64,000 nt of DNA from Clostridia bacterium (GCA_017467815.1 JAFUKI010000123.1:7990-71989); one strand, 5' to 3'; positions 1 to 7,740 are shown, numbered from the stretch's first letter. The notes: generated from the sequence alone by a model not told the origin. Translations and numbers: made by a program.

Positions 1-123
1 GAAAAAATACACGAGTTATAACTATGTTTCGACAGATTTTTGCAAAATATTCTAACAGTGTTTGTATATAGAACGGACTGTATTGTAGTTTTTTCGTGAT
101 TTCCGTGTTTTTTATGTCAATTA

Positions 124-187
124 TTGATATAAAAATCTATTATTTATAGAATAAACTATTGAAAAACAAATTTATATGGTGTATAAT
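124..187 (+). promoter_or_regulatory. Two candidate sigma-A promoters upstream of the first gene of the block (TTGATA-17-TAGAAT at 124-152; TTGAAA-17-TATAAT at 159-187)
   Basis: Hexamers and 17-nt spacers read directly. Located 55-120 nt upstream of the ATG at 242. Confidence 0.5.
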
Positions 188-241
188 ATATTCAGATGCA
201 AAATTTGCTCAAAATAATATATTTTTGGGGAAAGGAGAGGT

Positions 242-1324
242 ATGGGAAATAAGAAATTAAAAATATGTGAGACACCATTTGTGACATCCGAATGTTGGAC
301 ATATTATAAAATGATAGTCTTGCAAACAGAACCTGTATTTATAGAGTGGCTAACCAATCATATGGATCTTTTCTTAAATGATTGCGGAAGCGCTACTTTC
401 GGAGACCATGCAGAACCGTATACATTATCGTACTTTAATGAGATTTTGGACATTACGGAAAATAGAATCGACGATGTAACTGAAAAAGAAATTGTCGATT
501 ATGTAATTTCCCAAATCAATGAAGAATATTATGTGAAACTCGATTTGGATTTCAATAAATTATTCGGTATTGAAGCAGAAGAAAAGAATATACATGAAGC
601 CATTATATATGGGTATGATCAAGAAAAAAGAATCGTATATATCCCTTTATTGAATGGTGAAAAATTTCAAGAGGAAGAAGTCCCTTTTGAGATGTTTGCT
701 TCTGCATATGGATCTATGTGGGAACAATTTATGACTCCGCAGATAGGGAGAGAGTGGAAATATGTCAGAAGACATTACGTATTGGGGCTCACCTTGTTAC
801 GTGTAAATAAGGACTACTTCAATCCAAATGCACAATTCGATTTGATTCAGAAATTGGATTATGAACGTAAAGGATTTGTATATGAAAAGAAATCTTTTGA
901 CGGGGAAGAAATCCAACGGTATCATACCGGATTGGCATGTTTACATCATTTGGCAGAGTACATAGATGGTTTCAACCAAAACAATTTTGAAAAGATACCG
1001 GATGATTGTATATTGGGGTACAAAAAATCCTATTTGAAGATATATGAACACCAAAGTATGTTGAGGAGCTGTCTGAGTTGGTTTATCGAAAAAACAAAAA
1101 TTTATAGTGACGATATGGAAGCGCTTTGCGCCGAGTATGATGTATGTCTAAAGTCAATTTATAATATTATCTTACTGACTATTAAGTATTATATGACGCA
1201 TGAAGATACTATCGCAGCCAGAATCGTAGAAAATACCAAGGAGGTGTGTGAAAAAGAAAAAGATATTTTGAAGCGTCTTCATAAAACAGCATTAGAAGCG
1301 TATTTGTCAACGCTGGAAGTGTAA
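242..1324 (+). CDS. Hypothetical protein, first gene of the peptide-maturation block (possible papain-fold enzyme, weak)
   Basis: 360-aa ORF with RBS GGAGAGG just upstream of the ATG. No family recognised with confidence. An N-terminal Cys (TSECWTYY) and a later His (NIHEAIIYGYD) are spaced as in C39/BtrH-type papain-fold proteins. Confidence 0.5.
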   Translation: MGNKKLKICETPFVTSECWTYYKMIVLQTEPVFIEWLTNHMDLFLNDCGSATFGDHAEPYTLSYFNEILDITENRIDDVTEKEIVDYVISQINEEYYVKLDLDFNKLFGIEAEEKNIHEAIIYGYDQEKRIVYIPLLNGEKFQEEEVPFEMFASAYGSMWEQFMTPQIGREWKYVRRHYVLGLTLLRVNKDYFNPNAQFDLIQKLDYERKGFVYEKKSFDGEEIQRYHTGLACLHHLAEYIDGFNQNNFEKIPDDCILGYKKSYLKIYEHQSMLRSCLSWFIEKTKIYSDDMEALCAEYDVCLKSIYNIILLTIKYYMTHEDTIAARIVENTKEVCEKEKDILKRLHKTALEAYLSTLEV

Positions 1325-1361
1325 TAAGATTGATTGAAACACAAAAATAACATAGTGAGCC

Positions 1362-1390
1362 TTGACATTATGTTCTCAATATGATAGAAT
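1362..1390 (+). promoter_or_regulatory. Sigma-A promoter TTGACA-17-TGaTAGAAT overlapped by a 7-5-7 inverted repeat (TATGATA gaata TATCATA, 1380-1398)
   Basis: Read directly. Same architecture as, and a 12-nt identity (TATGATAGAATA) with, the promoter at 8414-8442. Confidence 0.65.
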
Positions 1391-1415
1391 ATATCATAGA
1401 GAGGAGGTATGTTTT

Positions 1416-2501
1416 TTGGTTAACTATGAATATGTGAAAGAACCCGGTATATTATTAGATGCATTATTTCTTTTGAAACTGCGATTCAATGGAGAAGGTG
1501 CTTACAGCAAATTCCGAGGGGATCCTGGTTTTGATGAGTATGAAGAGAAATACTGTGAACTCATGAAATCCAAAGTGGACAATATAAGCGATAGATTGCT
1601 GCCGTTGTTTTATTATGATGCAGAAAATGGTTTGAAAACGCCGCTTGTTTGGTATATGCGGGATAACTGGCAATTTCTCATGAAAAAACCGGCGGAAATG
1701 ATCGACAGATTCATGGATTTGATTCGGGATATGTCCAAGCTGAAAGAATATATCTTCTTTCACTATTTCCCCAAAAAAGCAGTGTCTGCTTTTAAAGGTA
1801 TGGAATATATCAGAGAAACTATTCTTGCTTCAGAGTATCCATTGGATTTGAAGTTGTATTTATTGGATTTCTTTATTGCCCCTGATGGAGAAGCGTCTTT
1901 CATTATTGAGGAATTCAATAAGGCTCTGAATATTTCTTTGCAGGCTTGTCAGGAGAATCAAATTACAACTGATAGTACTACATTGCAATCAATAGGACAA
2001 AATATTGATGCATTTTTCGAGGCCCGAAATACTGATAAGAAACAGTATAGTAATATTTTTTATACGTATTGTTATATCACGAGAAAGACTATTTCTGTTG
2101 AATCATATGGTGACAACACAATAATGGCATACTTTGGTATAAATATGGATCAATCTTGTTTTAATACCCAAAGAACAGAGGTTCCTATTGATTTTTATGA
2201 AATAGGACGCTGTCTGTATGATGAGACGCGTCTCAAAATACTGTCGATGTTACGAAACCGTGAAATGTATTGTGCAGAAATTGCACGAGAATTGAGCTTA
2301 AAAAATAATAGTACAATATATCACTTGAATATGATGGCAAAACAGAATATGTTGAGTAGTAGAACACAAGGAAAGAAAATATTTTATAGTCTAAACGTAA
2401 GTTTTTTAACGCAGCTTAACAATTACCTAAAACAAATCATTGAGGAGGAAAGCATTCGTGAGAACGAACTGGAAAAAACCACAAATAGAAACAATAAATG
2501 A
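1416..2501 (+). CDS. ArsR-family winged-HTH regulator with a large uncharacterised N-terminal domain (paralogue 1)
   Basis: The C-terminus (LYDETRLKILSMLRNREMYCAEIARELSLKNNSTIYHLNMMAKQNML...IFYSLN) matches the ArsR/SmtB HTH pattern. I moved the start to TTG 1416 because the track start at 1362 is the -35 hexamer. RBS GAGGAGG lies at 1401-1407, and the N-terminus then aligns with the paralogue at 8478 (VKEPGILLDALFLLKLRFNGEGAY vs LKEPGILYDMLFALKLRFNGERAY). Confidence 0.8.
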   Translation: MVNYEYVKEPGILLDALFLLKLRFNGEGAYSKFRGDPGFDEYEEKYCELMKSKVDNISDRLLPLFYYDAENGLKTPLVWYMRDNWQFLMKKPAEMIDRFMDLIRDMSKLKEYIFFHYFPKKAVSAFKGMEYIRETILASEYPLDLKLYLLDFFIAPDGEASFIIEEFNKALNISLQACQENQITTDSTTLQSIGQNIDAFFEARNTDKKQYSNIFYTYCYITRKTISVESYGDNTIMAYFGINMDQSCFNTQRTEVPIDFYEIGRCLYDETRLKILSMLRNREMYCAEIARELSLKNNSTIYHLNMMAKQNMLSSRTQGKKIFYSLNVSFLTQLNNYLKQIIEEESIRENELEKTTNRNNK

Positions 2502-2610
2502 TGAAAAGGTAAATAAAACTATTCTTGTTGGGGCATGTTCAGCTTTTGATGTGTTCTTACCTTGTTGGGCATATATAGAATCCTTTATCCCTGGATTAGA
2601 AATCATGTAA
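2458..2610 (+). CDS. Candidate RiPP precursor peptide A, 50 aa (MRTNWKKPQIETINDEKVNKTILVGACSAFDVFLPCWAYIESFIPGLEIM)
   Basis: Not in the ORF track (<60 aa). GTG start 9 nt after a perfect GAGGAGG (2442-2448), overlapping the regulator 3' end by 44 nt. It aligns without gaps over WKKP...ACS with the peptide at 9529-9702 and shares IPG and the C-terminal EIM. A terminator follows it. Confidence 0.7.
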   Translation: MRTNWKKPQIETINDEKVNKTILVGACSAFDVFLPCWAYIESFIPGLEIM

Positions 2611-2625
2611 AAGCAAAATTATATA

Positions 2626-2663
2626 ACAAAAAACGTCGGTGAAATAAACCCGACGTTTTTTTA
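2626..2663. terminator. Bidirectional rho-independent terminator (stem ACGTCGG/CCGACGT, A-run before, T-run after)
   Basis: Hairpin read directly. It sits between the convergent peptide A gene and the dinJ-like gene. Confidence 0.75.
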
Positions 2664-2673
2664 TATTCAGTTT

Positions 2674-2946
2674 TCATGCATCCAGAGCTGCCTTTAGATC
2701 ATCCATATTTGTATACCCCTTGACGGTCTTATCGAAAGCAAGTTTTCTGCCTTCTTCCAATGCCGAGATTGTAATATTATTGGGAATATTCAATTTTAAA
2801 TCAAAGGGAATACCGTTCTCGCGGATGGTTTGTCTCAAAAAAATGTTTATGGCGGTTGTCATATTCAAACCAAGTTCTTCGAAAATCTTTTCCGCAGCAA
2901 GCTTGACTTCCTTGTTTGTGCGAATATTTAAATTGGTAGTTTCCAT
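2674..2946 (-). CDS. RelB/DinJ-family antitoxin-like protein (no partner toxin gene)
   Basis: METTNLNIRTNKEVKLAAEKIFEELGLNMTTAINIFLRQTIRENGIPFDL is the typical DinJ ribbon-helix-helix N-terminus. The start was taken at the second ATG (METTN). Confidence 0.75.
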   Translation of the reverse strand: METTNLNIRTNKEVKLAAEKIFEELGLNMTTAINIFLRQTIRENGIPFDLKLNIPNNITISALEEGRKLAFDKTVKGYTNMDDLKAALDA

Positions 2947-3175
2947 AAAATACACCTCTCATATATAACTCCATATTTATTATATCATATTGTGTAGCTA
3001 TTGTCAACATAATGCACGAGTTATTTGAAGTAATTATTATTATAAAATCCTCTACATTAGACAGATGAAAGATAATAGTTTAGGTCATAATTTGTCAAAG
3101 TCGGAATGTTTTTATAAAAATCCTTTCATAAACTCTATAAAACATAGAATCAATGTAGACGTTTACTGAAAAATA

Positions 3176-3184
3176 TGGTATAAT
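3176..3184 (+). promoter_or_regulatory. Extended -10 element TGgTATAAT upstream of the rSAM operon
   Basis: Read directly. No good -35. Lies 66 nt upstream of the ATG at 3250. Confidence 0.45.
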
Positions 3185-3249
3185 ATATTGAATTTTATGG
3201 AATATAATGGCATGCAATAAAAACTTTTTGAAAAATAAAGGTACATCCT

Positions 3250-4266
3250 ATGGAATTTGAATCTGTCTATTTTGAATTAACAAACATCTGTAATCTGAAC
3301 TGCAAGACTTGTTATAATCGTTCGGGACTCAATAAAGAGCGGAAGGAAATCCCGGTAGAATCTTTGTTTACCGCAATCGAAATGTTCCGGAGATATGGCT
3401 TACAATCGGTTCATTTAAGTGGTGGTGAAACCATGCTGTATTCCGACATACAGTCACTGTTTGAAAAAATCGCTGCGACACCGAACATATACTTTACAAT
3501 GACTACGAACGGAACTGTAAATGGTGAGTTACTACTTGCTCAATACAGAAAAAATAAAAATTTCTTTGTACAGATCAGTCTGGATGGTTCCTGTGAAGAA
3601 GTAAACGCAAAAACGAGGGGACAAGGCGGATTTGCTAAAGCATTGGCTGTTCTGAAAGGACTCCATGACAGCGAGCGTCCTGTAGGCTATCGGATCAAGA
3701 TGGTACTGTCGAAGTATAATTTTGAGGATATACTGTCCTATTTCCGTCTTGCCTCAGAATATGGCTGCGAACCTCAATTTTCCTTTATGAGTTTAATCGG
3801 AAACGGTTTGCAAAACCAAGAGGATATGCTGCTTTCGGATATGGACAAAATGAAGGCGCTGCGTTACATAGATGAGGGAAATAAAGCATACGGTATGCAG
3901 GTAAAACTGCCATTCTGTGCATTTAGTTGTCCCTTTGGTGATGTTTCGGAAGATTTGAAAATCAACGGTATGGTAAAACCAAACGGTGATATTATGCCGT
4001 GCCAGGGGTTATATGATGAAAATTACCGTTTGGGCAACATATACGCTTTTGACGAAAGGGAAGTGTTTGACAATATTGAACGGTTGAAGAACATTGTCTG
4101 TACGCGTTTAAAAACAGATTACGGGTGCAGTAAATGTCTGATTGAACCCCTTTGTAAAAGAGGATGTCCATCAATGGCACTTTTGAACAGCGGAGATATC
4201 ATGGGAACGGATAAAGAATGTGCGTTTAGACTGAAACACTATTTGAAATATCAATTCAGAAAGTGA
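3250..4266 (+). CDS. Radical SAM enzyme with C-terminal SPASM domain (peptide maturase candidate)
   Basis: N-terminal CNLNCKTC (CxxxCxxC) in FELTNICNLNCKTCYN. C-terminal Cys-rich region with CSKCLIEPLCKRGC (CxxCx5Cx3C) plus further Cys (CAFSCPFG, MPCQG, ECAF). Confidence 0.9.
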   Translation: MEFESVYFELTNICNLNCKTCYNRSGLNKERKEIPVESLFTAIEMFRRYGLQSVHLSGGETMLYSDIQSLFEKIAATPNIYFTMTTNGTVNGELLLAQYRKNKNFFVQISLDGSCEEVNAKTRGQGGFAKALAVLKGLHDSERPVGYRIKMVLSKYNFEDILSYFRLASEYGCEPQFSFMSLIGNGLQNQEDMLLSDMDKMKALRYIDEGNKAYGMQVKLPFCAFSCPFGDVSEDLKINGMVKPNGDIMPCQGLYDENYRLGNIYAFDEREVFDNIERLKNIVCTRLKTDYGCSKCLIEPLCKRGCPSMALLNSGDIMGTDKECAFRLKHYLKYQFRK

Positions 4267-4273
4267 TACAGAA

Positions 4274-4714
4274 ATGGAAAAAACAAAACTACTCAAAATG
4301 ATTCTTGCAGCTAAGAATAGTTGTACCATAACGATAGCGGGAACCAGTATGATGCCCATACTTCAGCACGGACAGGAAGTAACTGTACTGCGTCAAAGTG
4401 ACTATATTATTGGAGATATTCTTGTGTATGAATACAAAAATGAGGGACTGCTGGCACACCGGTTATTAAAAATAGAAAACGGTCGGTATTTTTGCAAAGG
4501 TGATAATTCTTTCCGGATTGAGGATATATCCAAAGAACAGATTATGGGAAAAATTCCCTTAGAACAAGACGATCATACGGCGGATACGTTTATCCAGGCA
4601 TCGTACGCTATTGGCAGACTGTTCCGGAAGTGTGGATATAATTTGGAAATGACGAAAGCGAACCCTCAATATAGGGAGTATGCACATACTTATTTGGAGA
4701 AAACACATGAATAA
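4274..4714 (+). CDS. S24/S26-type serine peptidase (LexA/signal-peptidase fold), candidate leader peptidase
   Basis: IAGTSMMPIL (G-x-S-M-x-P nucleophile motif), GDILVY, and KGDNS downstream. Starts 7 nt after the rSAM stop. Confidence 0.65.
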   Translation: MEKTKLLKMILAAKNSCTITIAGTSMMPILQHGQEVTVLRQSDYIIGDILVYEYKNEGLLAHRLLKIENGRYFCKGDNSFRIEDISKEQIMGKIPLEQDDHTADTFIQASYAIGRLFRKCGYNLEMTKANPQYREYAHTYLEKTHE

Positions 4715-5888
4715 AACAGAAATCAAGGAAATCGTAAAGAAGGTTCTGTCTATAACAGAGATAGAAGATTCTGCTGATCTGCGTGAAATGGGTATGGAAT
4801 CGGTTCAGTTGGTCGGGTTGATCGTAGAACTGGAAAACAAATATGACATTGAAATTTTGGACAGTGATTTGCTTCCGGAGAAATTTTGCAGCGTTGATGT
4901 GATTTTTGATACTCTGCAGAAATACTGCAAGGATAGTACCCCACTGTACAAATGCATCATAACCGACTGCGACGGTGTACTGTGGAGAAAAATCGCAGGA
5001 GAAGCCGGAGAAGAAGCGGCGTATTCGGATACGGAAACACGAGAATTCTGTGAGACACTTGCAGGATTAAAGAAACGGGGCGTTCTGCTGGCGGGATGTA
5101 CCCGTAATGAGAAAAAGAATATTGAAAATATGCTGAATGCTGCAAGCATTTGCCTCGGTGTTTCTGATTTCAGTATGCTTGAGTATAACTGTGCAGATAA
5201 GGTATCCGCTGTTCGGAATATCCTTGCAGAGACAGGGTTCTATCCGGACAATGTTCTGTACATAGACGACAGTGATCAGGAGTTGGAGATACTTTCCACG
5301 GCAATACCGGAATTGAAATGTATAAAAGCATATGGGCAGGATGACTTTATAGAAGCATTGGCTTCACTCTTTTACAATCTGCCGGAAACCACAGATATTG
5401 ACCGAACAACTCAATTCCATTTAAAGAAGGAAAGAGAAAAAGTCCATATCGAAACCATGTCCGCCGAGGAATACAACCATATACTGGAAACAAACTTCTA
5501 TTGTGGCATAGCCGACAGGACGGATGCGGCTCGACTGGCAGAATTATCCCAACGCGCCAACCGATTTAATATAACCGATACCCGATATACCGTGGAAGAT
5601 ATAACTGAGCGTATAGACAATCCGGGATATATGGTTTACTATGTAAAAGTATCGGATAAATTCGGGGATATGGGAACTGTGGCAATGGCAGTTGTTTGCG
5701 GTAATGGGGAGATCGAAAGTTTTATTCTATCCTGCAGAGTGTTCGGGCGGAATTTTGAATCGCTGCTGTTGCAAAAAATACAGGAAATGACTGCAGCAGA
5801 ATTGCGAGGTGTATATGTATCCACCGGTAAAAACGACTATTGCCGAGACTTCTATAAAGAACATGGTGTAAATTATGAGACAAGATAA
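4707..5888 (+). CDS. Acyl-carrier-protein-like domain fused to an FkbH-like HAD-IIIC domain protein
   Basis: The N-terminal ~75 aa are ACP-like (LREMGMESVQLVGLIVELENKYDIEI, Ser in the DS-like position). Then the FkbH pattern follows: CIITDCDGVLWRKIAGEAGEE (DxD HAD motif I), YIDDSDQE, and C-terminal FILSCRVFGRNFES. Start taken at ATG 4707, an 8-nt overlap with the upstream stop. Confidence 0.75.
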   Translation: MNKTEIKEIVKKVLSITEIEDSADLREMGMESVQLVGLIVELENKYDIEILDSDLLPEKFCSVDVIFDTLQKYCKDSTPLYKCIITDCDGVLWRKIAGEAGEEAAYSDTETREFCETLAGLKKRGVLLAGCTRNEKKNIENMLNAASICLGVSDFSMLEYNCADKVSAVRNILAETGFYPDNVLYIDDSDQELEILSTAIPELKCIKAYGQDDFIEALASLFYNLPETTDIDRTTQFHLKKEREKVHIETMSAEEYNHILETNFYCGIADRTDAARLAELSQRANRFNITDTRYTVEDITERIDNPGYMVYYVKVSDKFGDMGTVAMAVVCGNGEIESFILSCRVFGRNFESLLLQKIQEMTAAELRGVYVSTGKNDYCRDFYKEHGVNYETR

Positions 5889-6927
5889 GATAATCGCAAA
5901 CATTCGCGAGATCATGCGTGGTGAATCTTCGCCTGATCCGGATACAATACGTTTTCTCAATCAGCATGAAGCCTATTATTTACTTTCAAAAATTCCGATC
6001 TACAAAAGTAAACAGGCTGTATATCTTGCAGTAAATCAGGTAGCGGTGAAGGAACGATATAAAGCCTGTGAAGCTTTATTTAAGGAATTGAACAGTTCAG
6101 ACATATCATATGCTGTCATAAAAGGTGCGGTATTGTCGGAACAAATATACGGCAGCACGGCGTATAGAAGGTCTGGTGATATTGATTTGTTGATAGCCCC
6201 CGATGCTATACAGAACGTAAAAACAATTTTAGAAAAGCATGGATTTATCCAGGGGCGTGTAGTGAATGATCAGATTATCCCTTACTCACGCCAGGAATTG
6301 ATTTATCAAAAAACATTCACCCACCAAATGGCAGCTTTTGTGAAAAAGATGGATAGTAAACTGTGTCCATTTATCAATGTTGATGTGAATGTGGATATAT
6401 TCTGGGGTGAAAGCAGCCGGAAAGCGGATATGACAACGTTTTTGCGTAATACGCAGATGTATAAGATTCACGATATTTTGATACGGAAATTGGATCCGGT
6501 GTTTGAATTTATTTCGCTGTGTATGCACCATTATAAGGATTTCAATTCTCTCTATTTGTTGGCTGACAGAGGCATTAAACTGTCTCATTTCTGTGATCTG
6601 TTTTACTATATTACCAATGTATCACCTGATTTGCAGGAACTCAAAAAAGTGTGTTGCACGTATGGTGTCACGGAGTATGTGGCATTTTGTATTTATCATA
6701 CGAATCGTCTTTTTCCAAATGAGCGATTGCAGGCGTATCTTGCTGCTTTGACTGATGGAGCAAACAATACAGAATATAACCGCTTCGGATTGACGGAATC
6801 GGAATATAAATATTTGGATTTCGGGATTTCCGACTACATATTGGATGAAGAATTAGGAAACACGTTCAGATCGAGTCTTACAGCACAAGACCGGACGAAA
6901 ATCGAGATCAATCGAAAATATATGTGA
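5875..6927 (+). CDS. Uncharacterised nucleotidyltransferase (NTP_transf_5-like)
   Basis: RRSGDIDLLIAPD motif and overall size and pattern of the family. Overlaps the upstream gene by 14 nt. Confidence 0.6.
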   Translation: MRQDKIIANIREIMRGESSPDPDTIRFLNQHEAYYLLSKIPIYKSKQAVYLAVNQVAVKERYKACEALFKELNSSDISYAVIKGAVLSEQIYGSTAYRRSGDIDLLIAPDAIQNVKTILEKHGFIQGRVVNDQIIPYSRQELIYQKTFTHQMAAFVKKMDSKLCPFINVDVNVDIFWGESSRKADMTTFLRNTQMYKIHDILIRKLDPVFEFISLCMHHYKDFNSLYLLADRGIKLSHFCDLFYYITNVSPDLQELKKVCCTYGVTEYVAFCIYHTNRLFPNERLQAYLAALTDGANNTEYNRFGLTESEYKYLDFGISDYILDEELGNTFRSSLTAQDRTKIEINRKYM

Positions 6928-6960
6928 TTGTTTCCATATAGAATAAAAAAGGTACTGAAA

Positions 6961-7740
6961 ATGAAGTTGACAATACAATTGCCATACCATGCAGATTGTT
7001 ATACCGTAGAAACAGAATGTCAGGATATTATGGATACATTGCGCCGGACATACGGTATGTACTGCCGTTTGGATACACAGACAGATACTGGCGCATACCA
7101 TATTACACAGATGGATAACGGATATTATATAACATATGACGGGCATACAATACCAACGGATAATCCGGTACAATACCTGCACAATGAAATGTTTCTAAAA
7201 AAGAAGATCACCCCCGGAATATTTGCACTGCATGCCGGAGGGGTATCCCATGATGACAAGGCATATATATTCTGTGCGCCGACAACCACCGGGAAAACAA
7301 CATTGACGGCATATCTTGCCGAACGGAACATGGAGTACATATCGGACGATTGTGTGTTTATAAATATGAATGATCTGTCCGTTTATCCATGCCATACACC
7401 CATTCATTTGAGAGAGGGCGGATACACGGTTTTGCAGGAACATGGCCTTGTACCCCATCCGATTGAAAAGGCAGATGAGAGATATGTCTATACGCCGAAA
7501 AAATTGTCTCCCTTGAGAATGGAAATCGGGAAAATTCTGTTTCTGACGCGTACTTTGGATACCAATGAAATAAAACCTCTCGGTAAGGCAGAGGCTTTAC
7601 GGCAGCTGATGGTGTCTCCTATAACGGTATATCCCATCACGAGAGAATATCTTGTGTTTTTGAATCGACTGATTCCGTATTGCTGTGAAGTGAAGTATTG
7701 TGATATGGAGTTTGTACTGGAGCAGATTGGAGTAAAATAG
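6961..7740 (+). CDS. HPr-kinase-related P-loop protein (candidate peptide kinase)
   Basis: LHAGGVSHDDKAYIFCAPTTTGKTTLTAYL resembles the HprK C-terminal domain P-loop. The start is uncertain (ATG 6961 or TTG 6928 directly after the upstream stop). Confidence 0.6.
   Translation: MKLTIQLPYHADCYTVETECQDIMDTLRRTYGMYCRLDTQTDTGAYHITQMDNGYYITYDGHTIPTDNPVQYLHNEMFLKKKITPGIFALHAGGVSHDDKAYIFCAPTTTGKTTLTAYLAERNMEYISDDCVFINMNDLSVYPCHTPIHLREGGYTVLQEHGLVPHPIEKADERYVYTPKKLSPLRMEIGKILFLTRTLDTNEIKPLGKAEALRQLMVSPITVYPITREYLVFLNRLIPYCCEVKYCDMEFVLEQIGVK

Noticed and set aside
1362-1415. Track start of the regulator ORF at 1362 (MTLCSQYDRIYHREEVCF...).
   Set aside because: Position 1362 is the TTGACA -35 hexamer of the promoter. 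The RBS GAGGAGG (1401-1407), the TTG at 1416 and the alignment with the paralogue N-terminus support the shorter gene.
11-3023. 10-nt repeat CACGAGTTAT at 11-20 and 3014-3023, considered as possible element ends.
   Set aside because: It is too short, its flanks do not match, and it is expected by chance in AT-rich sequence.
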